Assembly: GCA_963663165.1 (NCBI GenBank)
Contig: OY760175.1
Span: forward strand, 4,384,001-4,448,000
Source of the DNA: an uncultured Desulfospira sp.
Lineage (GTDB): Bacteria; Desulfobacterota; Desulfobacteria; Desulfobacterales; Desulfobacteraceae
Direction of reading: 5' to 3'
DNA length: 64,000 bases
In this document: piece after piece, positions 1 to 10,509 of the stretch
Numbering within the stretch: the stretch's first letter is position 1
How the letters are laid out: every line of letters begins with the position of its first letter
Made by a program: the position numbers and the translations under genes
Notes under the pieces: model-generated
Told to the model about the DNA's origin: nothing
The model's database searches: none
What the model saw: the letters and a program-made list of their open reading frames with translations, nothing else

Positions 1-1876
1 CCATGACCGTGACCCGGTCCCCGGACTCCAGCCGGGTAAACCCATGGGGGACATAGAGGGTTCCCCTGCGCCGGACGGCCATGATCACCGAGTCAAAGGG
101 CAGGCGAAGGTCTCTTAAGGAAAGGCCTGCAAGATCCGGGTTCCGGACCGTCACGTCAGCCACATCCCGGCCCCGGTGAAATCCCATGAGCAGGGACGCT
201 GCCCCCGGTGCCCGGACAAAGTGGTCCAGGAGCCCGATAATGGCCGTGGACGGGTCCACCACCAATACGTTGAGGTCCTCAAACGCGTCAAGGTTGCTCC
301 GGTCATTGAGCCGGGCCACCAGGGTCTGGGTGGCAAAATGTTCAAAGGCGGTTTCGCAGATCTCCAGGTTTTCCCTGTCGCTTAACAGGGCAACAATGGC
401 TGTTGCAGTTTTGCACTGGATTTTTTCAAGGGATGGGCAGTCAAAGGCGTCCACCACCTGGACCGGTATCTGGGGGCTGTTTTCTAAGGCGGCGGTGGTG
501 GAACCGCCCCTTGGCTGGGCCAGTTTCACCTTCCAACCATGGGAAAACAGGGTATGGGCCAGGGCCGTGGACTGGCTGTCGGTTCCAAAAATTACCACAT
601 TTCGTGGTGCGGTGACAGCATTGGGCCTGGCCGGGGGATGATCTTCTTTCATCTTCTTGATGGCCACCTTGAACAATGGGGGGCCCACGATCTGGTTAAG
701 GACAATAACCGATATCATTATCGTGGAAAAAGAAGGTCCCCACTGGGGAAATTCCATGCCCGCTTCCTTGGCCAGGCCAAGCCCCACGCCGGCCTGGGTG
801 ATAAAGGCCATCCAGTAGGTCTGGCTGGCTTTGGTTCCGGCACTGGAAAGAAAGCCGCCCAAAAAAGACCCGGTAAATATGGCAAGGATGCGGACCCCGA
901 ACAGGATCAGGGCGATAAACCAGGTATCGGCCAGGATATCCAGCCGGATGGAGGCCCCGGTCAGGGTGAAAAAGGCAATGTAAATGCCGGGGCCGGAACG
1001 GTTGAGAAGGTCCAGAAACTCTTTGCGGTACCGCCGGGCATTGGCGGTTAAAAATCCGGCCACCATGCAGACCAGAAGCGGTTCAATGAGAATTTCAACA
1101 TTCATCTGACGGTGGGTCCAGGAGCGAAGGGCAAAAGAACCGATAAATACAAGATAGCCGGTTAAGAGGACCAGCACGGATTTAAAAAAAAAGCGGGCTG
1201 GAAGCCGGAGGATGAGAAACAAGACTCCCGCCACCGGAATGCCCATAGACATGGACAACCCAATCTCCAGGGCCAGAAAAAAGACAAATCCGGCATTCCC
1301 GGTTAACCCGGTCAGAAGGGCATCCGCCACGGTGGTGGCTGCGGCAAACAGCACGATAACCACCACGTCCATGATCACCGTCACCCCCATGACCGTCCGT
1401 GTAAACCGGCCCTTGGCCCTGAGCTCATTGATAATGGCAATGGCCGAGGACGGGCTTCGTGCCACCAGAATGGCGCCGCCAAGGATGGCCACGGCAATTC
1501 TTCCTGAAACCGGCATGGCCGCCATGAAAGGGATGTGGCCGGCAAGGGAAAACAAGGCCAGAGAACCCAATGTAAAGGTTGAGATCACAAGGCCCGACGT
1601 GATCCATCCAATGGCCGCCAGCCGTGACTTAAGCTCTTTAAGGTAGAGTTCCCCGCCGGCGGCAAAAGCGATGAGCCCCAAAGAGACCTGATCCACAAAG
1701 GTCAGGGAGGAAACGGCTTGACTCGGAATCAGGTTCAGAACATAAGGCCCGGCAATGATGCCGGTGAATAAAAACCCGCTGATCAGGGGAAAGCCAACCT
1801 GCTTAAATGTGTCGCCGATCTGCCTGGCAGCCAGGGCAATGATGCAGAATCCTGCGGCAAATACAAGAGAGTCCAT
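1..1876 (-). CDS. Cation:proton antiporter (CPA2-like) with C-terminal TrkA/RCK domains; 3' end runs off the window
   Basis: Absent from the ORF track because there is no stop in the window. Manual translation of both ends, which are in the same frame: ATG at 1876 gives hydrophobic MDSLVFAAGFCIIALAARQIGDTFKQVGFPLISGFLFTGIIAGP; the edge gives RCK-C-like LSLRDLRLPFDSVIMAVRRRGTLYVPHGFTRLESGDRVTVM. Confidence 0.8.
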   Translation of the reverse strand, partial: MDSLVFAAGFCIIALAARQIGDTFKQVGFPLISGFLFTGIIAGPYVLNLIPSQAVSSLTFVDQVSLGLIAFAAGGELYLKELKSRLAAIGWITSGLVISTFTLGSLALFSLAGHIPFMAAMPVSGRIAVAILGGAILVARSPSSAIAIINELRAKGRFTRTVMGVTVIMDVVVIVLFAAATTVADALLTGLTGNAGFVFFLALEIGLSMSMGIPVAGVLFLILRLPARFFFKSVLVLLTGYLVFIGSFALRSWTHRQMNVEILIEPLLVCMVAGFLTANARRYRKEFLDLLNRSGPGIYIAFFTLTGASIRLDILADTWFIALILFGVRILAIFTGSFLGGFLSSAGTKASQTYWMAFITQAGVGLGLAKEAGMEFPQWGPSFSTIMISVIVLNQIVGPPLFKVAIKKMKEDHPPARPNAVTAPRNVVIFGTDSQSTALAHTLFSHGWKVKLAQPRGGSTTAALENSPQIPVQVVDAFDCPSLEKIQCKTATAIVALLSDRENLEICETAFEHFATQTLVARLNDRSNLDAFEDLNVLVVDPSTAIIGLLDHFVRAPGAASLLMGFHRGRDVADVTVRNPDLAGLSLRDLRLPFDSVIMAVRRRGTLYVPHGFTRLESGDRVTVM

Positions 1877-1980
1877 ATCCTGATCCGTTTGAGGTTTTTC
1901 CCCTCACTTTAACACGAAAAGTCTGATGGGAAAATCTATATATTATGACAGCCGGAACTGGACAACATGTTGCGGCGGTT

Positions 1981-2008
1981 GTAGGGGCGATTCATGAATC
2001 GCCCCTAC
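1981..2008. repeat. GTAG-type REP palindrome / terminator hairpin
   Basis: GTAGGGGCGATTCATGAATCGCCCCTAC is a perfect palindrome just past the MCP stop codon. Confidence 0.7.
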
Positions 2009-2012
2009 CGCT

Positions 2013-3965
2013 TTATGATAACCGGAACTGGTTTACCATGGCATTAAGGTTCTCCGCCAGCCGGGACAATTCGCTGGCGCTGGTAAAAATCTGTCTGCTG
2101 CCGGTGTTCATCTCTTCGGTGGCATTGCTGACCTCGGTAATATCCTTTGCGACCTCAGCGGCCACAAGAGAGGTCTGGTTTACATTGCCATTGACTTCCT
2201 GGACCCCCTGTGAGGCCTGGGCAACGTTGTTGGCGATTTCCTGGGTAGTGGCGGCCTGCTCTTCAATGGCAGAGGCCACCGTGGTAACGATCCCATTGAC
2301 CTCATTGATGATTTCCACAATGGATTCAATGGCGGCGACAGCCTCATTGGTGGTGGTCTGGACCCCTTGAATTTTATCGTTGATCTCCCGTGTTGCCTCG
2401 GCCGTCTGCTGGGCCAGGGCCTTAATCTCCCCGGCCACAACGGCAAAGCCTTTGCCGGCCTCACCGGCCCTGGCCGCCTCAATGGTTGCGTTAAGGGCCA
2501 GTAGGTTGGTCTGCTCGGATATATCCGCGATGGTTTCGGTGACCTTGCTGATCTCGGATGCCGCCATGCCTAAGTCATCGACCTTTAAGGATACCTGCCT
2601 GGCGGTTTCGACGGCCCTGGCTGTTGTCTCGCTGCTTTTGGCGGTGTTGCCGGCAATTTCATTGATGGTGGACGACATCTGCTCGGCAGCGGCAACAATC
2701 ATCTGGATATTTACCGTGGTCTGCTCTGCGGCGGCGGCAACACTGTTCATGTGGGTTGTCATTTCTTCAGCAGCGGCAGCCACATTATTGGAACGTTCTG
2801 CCGTCTGTTCCGAACTCGTGGTGATCTGTTCCGAAACGGCTGATAATTGCGTTGAAGTGGCGGTCAGGGTCTGTACGCCGTTTGTGATGTCCGTGAGCAT
2901 CTGGATTAGATTTTCAGCCATATATTTCATGTCGCTGTATACCCCTTTATTCTTTGCCGGGTCAAATTCGATGGCCAGATTTCCATTGGCAATACTGTGG
3001 GTCATATCGGCGATATCGGCCGGGTCACTTCCGAGCTGTGACAAAACACTTTTTTTGATGAAAAAGGCGGTTCCAATACCTAAGGCAACCGCCAGAATTG
3101 CGACCCCGATGATCAGCCGCTTGGCGTTGATGATTTGCCGGTCGGTTTTCTGCTGCTGTCTGTCCAGGGACAGTTTAACAAGGTTCTGGACGTTGCGGGC
3201 GCATGCCACCATGGTATCGTTAATATCGTTTTGTGAGTCTTTCAGGGCCTTGAGCCTGGAAAAGGCCTGGCGGTATTCATCTGAGGCCTGAACGATCGGC
3301 TTGCTGTCCTTTCCTGCGGCCACGATCTGATCAAGTATGCTGTTGACCTTGATGAAATAGGATTCATCTTTGCGGATCAAAAAGTTTTTTTCATGACGCC
3401 GGCATTGCAGCACCAATCGGATAATGGCCTCGGCGTTCTCAGCACTTTTCATTAACCCTGTGATCTGCCCGGCACCGGCATCCTGATCCATCAGGCGTTC
3501 ACATTCAGCCCGGTCCGCATCAAGAATGGCTTTGGCGGCAGCTTCCATCAGCCGTGCCGATGTTACCATTGCCTTGTCAGCTTCTTTTACACTGTTTTCC
3601 ATGCTGATATAAGTATCAAATGCCTGCCGGTATTTATCGGCCATCCCGGCCATGTCTTCCAGCTGCCGGAGGGTTTCGGGATCAGTTGACCGGTGTTTGA
3701 TGGCATTAATCTGTTTTTGAATTAAATCTGATTGCTCAATGACCGCACTTACATAGGACTCCTCTCCTCTGATGATAAAGTTTTTCTCCTGCTGCCGAGA
3801 CTCATACATGGTCATGGTCAGATTCCCGGTGTCAATGGCATCGCTCATTTGCCTGACCACCTTTGAAAGTCCGGTAAAGCCGGCGGCAGCAGCCACTATC
3901 AGCAGTACCAGAACAATGCCGAATCCTATACTGATTTTTGTTCCGAGTTTTAAATTGGTTGACAT
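2013..3965 (-). CDS. Methyl-accepting chemotaxis protein
   Basis: Two TM segments around a helical periplasmic domain; signalling hairpin ISEQTNLLALNATIEAARAGEAGKGFAVVAGEIK. Confidence 0.95.
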   Translation of the reverse strand: MSTNLKLGTKISIGFGIVLVLLIVAAAAGFTGLSKVVRQMSDAIDTGNLTMTMYESRQQEKNFIIRGEESYVSAVIEQSDLIQKQINAIKHRSTDPETLRQLEDMAGMADKYRQAFDTYISMENSVKEADKAMVTSARLMEAAAKAILDADRAECERLMDQDAGAGQITGLMKSAENAEAIIRLVLQCRRHEKNFLIRKDESYFIKVNSILDQIVAAGKDSKPIVQASDEYRQAFSRLKALKDSQNDINDTMVACARNVQNLVKLSLDRQQQKTDRQIINAKRLIIGVAILAVALGIGTAFFIKKSVLSQLGSDPADIADMTHSIANGNLAIEFDPAKNKGVYSDMKYMAENLIQMLTDITNGVQTLTATSTQLSAVSEQITTSSEQTAERSNNVAAAAEEMTTHMNSVAAAAEQTTVNIQMIVAAAEQMSSTINEIAGNTAKSSETTARAVETARQVSLKVDDLGMAASEISKVTETIADISEQTNLLALNATIEAARAGEAGKGFAVVAGEIKALAQQTAEATREINDKIQGVQTTTNEAVAAIESIVEIINEVNGIVTTVASAIEEQAATTQEIANNVAQASQGVQEVNGNVNQTSLVAAEVAKDITEVSNATEEMNTGSRQIFTSASELSRLAENLNAMVNQFRLS

Positions 3966-4130
3966 GCTTTTTGTTCTCCTGTTCTGCTTGTTTTACACAA
4001 ATCATGATGGTATCCCAGATACCCAAAGCTTTTTTCCAGGTGGTTAACACGCCTTTCAACGTGGTTGGCAACGGCACCCCGGCCTTTCCCAAGGATACGG
4101 ATCAATTGGGCCTGCAAATATGGGTGGGCC

Positions 4131-4146
4131 TGCAAGTATAGGACCA
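4131..4146 (-). promoter_or_regulatory. Putative sigma54 -24/-12 promoter for the MCP gene
   Basis: Minus strand TGGTCCTATACTTGCA has the GG-N10-GC spacing and TTGCA. Confidence 0.5.
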
Positions 4147-4585
4147 TAATGAAAGCGCCATATGCATGGGGTGATTGATAAGGAAAAGAATGGCTGAACC
4201 GATTGAAATATAAGGGGAAAGTAGATGGTTATCCTGGTCCCGGTGATAAAAAAGAGATCGAAACCGGTTTTTCAAAAAAATGTCTGTCCGGTTTACAGGG
4301 TGAAAATAAACTTGACGCCCGGTGCTATTTCGCTGGGTTGATGAAACTCACAGATTGACAAAGGTTTTGTTTGAGTTCATGTTTCAATGTGTGAACTTCT
4401 AAAGGAGGGTGACATGGATACAGATTTATCTGGTATTTGGGGGAAATGAAAACGCCTATCACGCCATTGAAACTGCGGGGTGTTTCCAGATTTCCGTTTA
4501 TATGAAGCACTGATAAACAGTTACGGACCCTGTTTTTGCTTAGTTTTCAGCCAAAATCGTTCAAACCATGAAAGATTAAGGCAAA

Positions 4586-4625
4586 CAGGCTGAAGGGAAT
4601 TAAAACCCTGAATCCCTTCAGCCTG
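4586..4625 (-). terminator. Hairpin downstream of the acyl-CoA ligase
   Basis: CAGGCTGAAGGGA ... TCCCTTCAGCCTG, 13-bp stem. Confidence 0.55.
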
Positions 4626-4637
4626 AACACTTGGCCG

Positions 4638-6284
4638 CTATTGATATTCAGCCCGGATGTCTTTTTTGCTGATTTTACCCACGGATGTCTTGGGGATGGC
4701 ATGGGTAAAGACGATTTTTGAGGGGATACCGTATTTGGGAATCCGCCCCTCTTCCACAAATTTCATGCAGAAATTTGTGATTTCATCTTCGGTAACATCA
4801 TTCTGATACTCTTGTCTGAGGATAACCATGGCCAGGGGGCGTTCCCCCCATTTTTCATCGGGGACCCCAACCACGGCCACTTCGTTTACGGCGTGGTGCT
4901 GGCTGATGATGTCCTCCACATCCAGGGATGAAATCCACTCGCCCCCGGTTTTGATAACATCCTTGAGCCGGTCCGTGATTTTTAGATACCCTTCTTCATC
5001 TATCACTCCGATATCCCCGGTGTGAAGCCAGCCGTTTTCCCATAGATCCCGTCCCTTTTCTTCCGATTTGACATACCCCTGGGTCAGCCATGGGGCCCGG
5101 ACCACCACTTCGCCCGGGGTTTTGCCGTCATGGGGAAGGGGCTTGCCCTCGACGTCGGTGATTTCCAGAATCACGTTGGGGATGGGAAGGCCGGTTTTAC
5201 ACCGGATTTCGGCCTGCCGGTCTTCGTCCCACTCCATCATATGGGGTTTGATCAGGGCCAGGGACAGCACCGGGCAGGTTTCAGACATGCCGTATCCGGT
5301 ATACAGGTTAATACCGTGTTTTAAAGCCTCAAGGCAAAGTCCCTTTGACAGGGATGACCCGCCAATGATTACCTTCCAGCCGGATATATCCACCTGTTTA
5401 ATGGCCGGGCTGGTCACCAGCATGTTCAGGATGGTGGGAACGCAGTGGGAATAGGTGACTTTTTCGCCCACGATGAGCTTGAGCAGCATCTCCGGTTCAT
5501 ACCGGCCCGGGTAGACCTGCTTGGCCCCCAAGAGGGTCATCAGGTAGGGCATACCCCAGGCGTGAACATGGAACATGGGGGTCATGGGCATGTAGACGTC
5601 GGCCGAAGTGATGTTGGCCTGGGACTTGTAGGCGGTAAGGCCCGCCATGACCCCAAAGGTATGAAGCACAATCTGCCGGTGGCTGAAAAACACCCCCTTG
5701 GGCAGGCCGGTGGTGCCGGTGGTGTAAAAGGTGGTGGCCATGGTGTTTTCATCGAAATCCGGGAAATCATACTCAGCCGGGGCCGCACTGACCATCGCTT
5801 CATATTCCCCGTCAAATTCAAGTTCGGATTCGGGGAAGTTCCCTTTGTCCGAGAGCAGGATGACTTTTTTCACCGTTTCAAACCGGTCTTTAACCGATGA
5901 AAGCAGCGGAACAAACTCTTCATTGACCAGGATCACGTCGTCTTCGGCATGGTTGATGGTGTAGATGAGCTGTTCCGAGGTCAGCCGGATGTTAATGGTA
6001 TGAAGCACCGCCCCCATCATGGGCACGGCAAAGAAGCACTCCAGGTACCGGTGGGAGTCCCAGTCCATGACCGCCACGGTGTCCCCGGGTTTTACCCCCT
6101 GGGCCGTGAGCATGGCCGCGAGCTGCTTGACCCGCTGACCAAAAGTGCGGTAGGTGTACCGGTGAACATCCCGGTAGATGATTTCCTGATCCGGGGAATA
6201 GATCAGGGGGGTGTTTAACAGGTTTTTAATGAGAAGGGGGTAGGCATAGGCCGTGTCAACGGCGGGGATGAGTTTGGTTTTCAT
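4638..6284 (-). CDS. Fatty acid--CoA ligase (AMP-binding, AlkK-like)
   Basis: YTTGTTGLPKG, YGMSET, GWLHTGD, DRLKDVIKTGGE and PKTSVGK motifs. Confidence 0.92.
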   Translation of the reverse strand: MKTKLIPAVDTAYAYPLLIKNLLNTPLIYSPDQEIIYRDVHRYTYRTFGQRVKQLAAMLTAQGVKPGDTVAVMDWDSHRYLECFFAVPMMGAVLHTINIRLTSEQLIYTINHAEDDVILVNEEFVPLLSSVKDRFETVKKVILLSDKGNFPESELEFDGEYEAMVSAAPAEYDFPDFDENTMATTFYTTGTTGLPKGVFFSHRQIVLHTFGVMAGLTAYKSQANITSADVYMPMTPMFHVHAWGMPYLMTLLGAKQVYPGRYEPEMLLKLIVGEKVTYSHCVPTILNMLVTSPAIKQVDISGWKVIIGGSSLSKGLCLEALKHGINLYTGYGMSETCPVLSLALIKPHMMEWDEDRQAEIRCKTGLPIPNVILEITDVEGKPLPHDGKTPGEVVVRAPWLTQGYVKSEEKGRDLWENGWLHTGDIGVIDEEGYLKITDRLKDVIKTGGEWISSLDVEDIISQHHAVNEVAVVGVPDEKWGERPLAMVILRQEYQNDVTEDEITNFCMKFVEEGRIPKYGIPSKIVFTHAIPKTSVGKISKKDIRAEYQ

Positions 6285-6592
6285 GGGGCCTCCTTGGTTT
6301 AGCGGTTAGCTGTTAGCAATTAGCCGTTAGCCGGCTTCTAAGGGCTGCCAAAGGCGTTAACCATTCATACACGGAGCTGGAAAGGAAAAAAATCGGTGGG
6401 CGGCTGAACCCCGGGTATGGGGTTTCCCCAAATTTTTGTAGGCGGATTGCCTACATCTTTTTTGACGGTGGATGGGGAAGGGTATTGAGGGCAGAGAAAC
6501 CCGGGTCCGGTTTAAACCGCTGTCAAACGGGGAGATGAGGTGGTATGCCCGGACCCGGGAAACCTTATAAAAAGGGCTTTTTAATTCATTGT

Positions 6593-7426
6593 TTACTGTC
6601 TGGTTAACTGGATCAGGCCGTCAACCCAATGCTCATTTGTCGTTAACGTGGTTTCCCAGGGCAAATACCCGGGCAGTTCTATTTTTAATGTATAATCTTT
6701 GCCTTTGGGCAGGTTTTCAAATTCAAAGTCGCCAAACCCGTTGGCGTTAACGGATTGGGTGGTGCCGTTTCCGGACAGGGTCACCTGGGCATCCCTGGCC
6801 ACCTCCTGGACATCGGGACAAAAAACCGTACCGGCCACCAGCATCCCCGGCACATTGAGATAGGTCACCAGGGGATTTAAGCCGCTGTCCCCGGGCTCTA
6901 ATACCACAGACCCCCGGGCTATTTTTTTTGCCACCTCACTGTTGGGGTCTTCCAGGTCGCCAAAGGTTAAGGCCTGGGTGGGACAGACTTCCACACAGCG
7001 CGGTTCTTTATATCCCTGGTCCAGCCAGTGGGCGCACAGGGTACATTTCTGGGGCAGGTTTTCTGCTTCATTCCAGTAGATGGCGTTATAGGGGCAGGCC
7101 TCCACCAGCTGCTTCTGGCCTTTGGCTTTCAAGGGGTCAATCAGCACGATGCCGTCATCCCGGCGGATCACAGCATGGTCTGTTGCCGCCTTTTCACAGG
7201 GGGCATCCTGGCAGTGCATGCAGGGGATGGGAAAGGTGGCCACCTTAACCCGGGCGGATTTGCCCCGTTCCACATCTTTTATATCCATCCAGCGGTGGCC
7301 CATGTGGGGCTGGGCAGCGGTGACCGGCAGATGCGCCTGATTGCAGTGCTCATCTTTGCAGGCAAGAAAACAGGCATAACAGCTGGTACACAGGTCGACA
7401 TCAATTACCATTGCATATTTGGTCAT
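6593..7426 (-). CDS. 4Fe-4S small subunit of a pyrogallol-transhydroxylase-like enzyme (BthL-like)
   Basis: CTSCYACFLAC, CMHCQDAPC, CPY and CTLC...CVEVCP clusters plus a C-terminal beta-sandwich domain (NGFGDFEFENL); 1 bp after the large-subunit stop. Confidence 0.85.
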   Translation of the reverse strand: MTKYAMVIDVDLCTSCYACFLACKDEHCNQAHLPVTAAQPHMGHRWMDIKDVERGKSARVKVATFPIPCMHCQDAPCEKAATDHAVIRRDDGIVLIDPLKAKGQKQLVEACPYNAIYWNEAENLPQKCTLCAHWLDQGYKEPRCVEVCPTQALTFGDLEDPNSEVAKKIARGSVVLEPGDSGLNPLVTYLNVPGMLVAGTVFCPDVQEVARDAQVTLSGNGTTQSVNANGFGDFEFENLPKGKDYTLKIELPGYLPWETTLTTNEHWVDGLIQLTRQ

Positions 7427-7427
7427 C

Positions 7428-9929
7428 CTATTTGTCCTCCCATTTTACAATATCAATCAGTGTGGAATTCTGGGCCATTCCGGCCACATTTTTGGACATA
7501 AACCGGGACGATGTCAGCAGGTTCACGCAGCCGCCCTTATCCATGCTCGGTTTTCCCGGCTCAACCGGGCTGTAAATTCCCGATGAGGTAAAGCAGTGGA
7601 TAACATTAAACCGGACCCGTTCGGTCAGCTGGGCAATGCCCAAGACCTCTCCCCGGTCATTGAACATTTTGACCATATCCCCGGTCTGTATCCCTTTGTC
7701 CTTTGCGTTATCCGGATGGACACGGACAACAATATAAGGATGGCCGTCTTTGATGATACGATGCTCGGGAATTTCCCACAGCCACTTGGCATGGGCGTCA
7801 TAGTGGGTATGAAACCCGTGGCGGGGGTGGGGGCTGATCAGATGAAAGGGGTATTTTTCGTATAACGCTGATTTATGGCCTTCCCAGCTGTCTTTGTAGC
7901 CGGGCAGGGGGCTGCGTTCGGTATCATCGGGCTCAAAATGCTTCAGGCTTTCCGACACAAACTCAATTTTTCCGGAATAGGTGTTTAAGGTTTTGGTCTT
8001 TTTGGGTGAAGAGTCCGGGGTGTCACAGACCCGGTCCTCATAAAACCACCGGTAGGCCGGGGTGGGTTTATGGTCTTCGGACAGCGGAATCATATAGTAC
8101 CCTTTTTTCTCGAACTCCTCCCAGCTGATGTATTGGGGAAGATCGGAATAATCAAAGAACCGTCTGACCCACCCTTTTTCATCCAGCCCTTCGGAATAGT
8201 CGTCACCAAACCCTAAGCGCTCGGCAAGTTCCAGGAATATCTGGTAGTCGGATTTGGATTCATGCAGGGGCTCTATACATTTTTTTTGCAGTACGACCAG
8301 CCGGCGGTTGCAGGAGTTGACCCCATGGGCGGAATATCCGCCGGAACTGGATGATTCGCCAATGTCATCCCGCTCTAAATTGGTGCAGGCCGGCAAAATA
8401 ATATCGGCAAACCGGGATTCCGGGGTTTCCCAGATATCCTGGCTGACCACGCATTCCAGATTCGGGCTCTGGTACATGTCAACATACTTATTGGTTTCGG
8501 TCATGGTACCGATAAAAGAGCCGCCGTACCGGTAAAAGAGCTTGACCTCGGAATGGCCGGCCATGGGATAGTGGTACCGGTTGAACTGCTGCTCTAAAGT
8601 CTCGCCGCAGAATCCGTCCCCCATCCAGCTGACCGGTGCCTCGGTAATGGCCTTGGGCAGCAGGATACGGTATAATTTTTGTTTCACCGGATTGACCGGG
8701 GCAATGTTGGCAATGGCGGGGCTGGCAATGTTGCCGTCCTTATCGGCATACCCGGGGAAAATCACATCGGTGTTGATGGGGGCGCCCATCACCGCCGGCC
8801 AGAAGTTGGTGCCCGGTTTTCCCATTCCCTGCATGGCAGACAGCAGGATCATATACCGGGACAGCTCATGGCCAAAGGCCGAGCGCATGGAGCCGCCCCA
8901 GCCGCCCCGGGCCCCGCAGGACAGCATGGTCTTGTGGCCGGCCCATTCCCTGGCCAGGGCCTTAATGGTCGCCTGGTCAAGTTCGGTTAATTCTTCGGCA
9001 TATTTGGGGTTTTTTGGCTTTCCGTCGCTGTTTCCCAGGATATAATCTTTAAATTCGTCAAATCCGTGGGCCTTTTTCCCGATAAAATCTTTGTCGTACA
9101 GGTCTTCGGTGATCCAGACATGGGCAATGGCTTCGGCCAGGGCGGTTTCAGTCCCGGGACGGGGGGCCAGCCATTTATAGGCATCTTTCTGGGCCGTCCA
9201 GTTGCAGAAGGGATCAATATAGACCATCTTGATGCCCAGTTTTTTCATCCACACCCGCCAGATGGCCGATTCCTGCCCGGCATAACATCCCCTTGTGGTA
9301 TCCGGATCACTGGACCAGTGGACAATCATTTCGGTATGCTGCAGGGCATCCTGGAGCATGTCATAATGCTCCGGGGCCCCCAGGCGCCACCAGTAACCGT
9401 AAACATGGGTGGCCCCCCAGTGAAACCCTTCCCAGGAGTCGGGGTTGTCAAAGATCTGGGTATAGCCAAGAAAGCTGAAAAACCGCCTGAACGCGCTCAT
9501 CTTATAACCGACGAGCCCCCAGTTGTGGTGGGAAGACGGAATTGCGGTAACCGCCTCTTTGCCGTAGGTGCTCTGGACCCGCTTGATTTCAGAGGATACC
9601 ATATCCAATGCCTCGTTCCAGCTGACCCGGCGGTAACCGGATTTGCCCCGGTTCTGGGGGTTTCTCTCGCCATTGGGATCAAAATCCTCACGAACCATTG
9701 GATATTTTATCCTGTCGTGGGAATAGGTCCGGTCTTTTTCGGTCATGACCACCTGGCCTAAGGTAACCTTTCTTAAGGGGGTGAAACTCTGGCCCCGGGC
9801 CTGAATGGTCCAGTCTTTCGGGTCGCTGTCATCCAGCTGCAACGGCCTGATACGGGTGATTTTTCCGCCATCCACATGAACATGCACCGGACCGCCCACA
9901 GTGCAGTTGGTCAATACTTTTTCCGCCAT
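7428..9929 (-). CDS. Molybdopterin oxidoreductase large subunit, pyrogallol-phloroglucinol transhydroxylase (AthL)-like
   Basis: GGPV, FDPNGERNPQNRG, PSSHHNWG, NPDSWEG (Mo-ligand Ser) and a C-terminal SPHPRHGFHT dinucleotide-binding domain; no TAT leader and no N-terminal Fe-S motif. Confidence 0.85.
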   Translation of the reverse strand: MAEKVLTNCTVGGPVHVHVDGGKITRIRPLQLDDSDPKDWTIQARGQSFTPLRKVTLGQVVMTEKDRTYSHDRIKYPMVREDFDPNGERNPQNRGKSGYRRVSWNEALDMVSSEIKRVQSTYGKEAVTAIPSSHHNWGLVGYKMSAFRRFFSFLGYTQIFDNPDSWEGFHWGATHVYGYWWRLGAPEHYDMLQDALQHTEMIVHWSSDPDTTRGCYAGQESAIWRVWMKKLGIKMVYIDPFCNWTAQKDAYKWLAPRPGTETALAEAIAHVWITEDLYDKDFIGKKAHGFDEFKDYILGNSDGKPKNPKYAEELTELDQATIKALAREWAGHKTMLSCGARGGWGGSMRSAFGHELSRYMILLSAMQGMGKPGTNFWPAVMGAPINTDVIFPGYADKDGNIASPAIANIAPVNPVKQKLYRILLPKAITEAPVSWMGDGFCGETLEQQFNRYHYPMAGHSEVKLFYRYGGSFIGTMTETNKYVDMYQSPNLECVVSQDIWETPESRFADIILPACTNLERDDIGESSSSGGYSAHGVNSCNRRLVVLQKKCIEPLHESKSDYQIFLELAERLGFGDDYSEGLDEKGWVRRFFDYSDLPQYISWEEFEKKGYYMIPLSEDHKPTPAYRWFYEDRVCDTPDSSPKKTKTLNTYSGKIEFVSESLKHFEPDDTERSPLPGYKDSWEGHKSALYEKYPFHLISPHPRHGFHTHYDAHAKWLWEIPEHRIIKDGHPYIVVRVHPDNAKDKGIQTGDMVKMFNDRGEVLGIAQLTERVRFNVIHCFTSSGIYSPVEPGKPSMDKGGCVNLLTSSRFMSKNVAGMAQNSTLIDIVKWEDK

Positions 9930-10108
9930 GTCTGTTTATCCTTACGTTAGGGTGAAACTCATTTTCATGAAAGCAGGCGTTTAATTAACCAGGCAATTTT
10001 TTAAAATCAGCAGAGACCTGAAAAAATCGTGACCAGCAACCACAAATTGCCTGGTTAACATAACGACATGATTTCCATTGGTTACATTAACCAGGGGCGT
10101 TACATTTT

Positions 10109-10216
10109 GTAACTGTTCAGCAGTGCCCCATCTTCGCTCATTCAGGCCTTCTCACATAGCAAAAGTATGCTACGAGGTCCTGACTAAACAAATATGAAGC
10201 ACTGATGAACAGTTAC
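10109..10216. repeat. 108-bp palindromic MITE/REP-like element
   Basis: Ends GTAACTGTTCAGCAGTGC / GCACTGATGAACAGTTAC; right end plus flank recurs at 4501-4551, and a fragment at 55495-55509. Confidence 0.6.
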
Positions 10217-10509
10217 GGACCCCGGTTTTGCATAGTTTTCAGCTTTAGCTGAATAGCTACTACATTTTTTTATTCAGTTACTATTTTAATCATATATAAT
10301 TAATGAAAAAATGTTGTCAATAATATTTTCATTTTTTAGAAAAAAATATTATATAGATATAAAAACAAGAAATTTATATTTCAATAATACACCTTTTTTA
10401 GAAATAAGCTTAAAAAATTGACAACGCGGGCGTCTATAAGTAATCTGCGAATCCAAAAGCCCCCCTCTATGGGATTTATTAAAACATATGGTTTATTCGA
10501 AGGATATCG

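Noticed and set aside
151..3291. Plus-strand ORFs overlapping the antiporter and MCP genes, and similar shadow ORFs throughout the window
   Set aside because: Antisense or alternate-frame ORFs of well-supported genes, with no recognisable motifs
4040..4075. Canonical c-di-GMP-I riboswitch
   Set aside because: Lacks the conserved GGCAAA and GACGCAAAG elements; kept only as a low-interest leader hairpin
4355..4450. Small peptide gene MDTDLSGIWGK after TTGACA and AAGGAGG
   Set aside because: Only 11 codons, with no conservation evidence available
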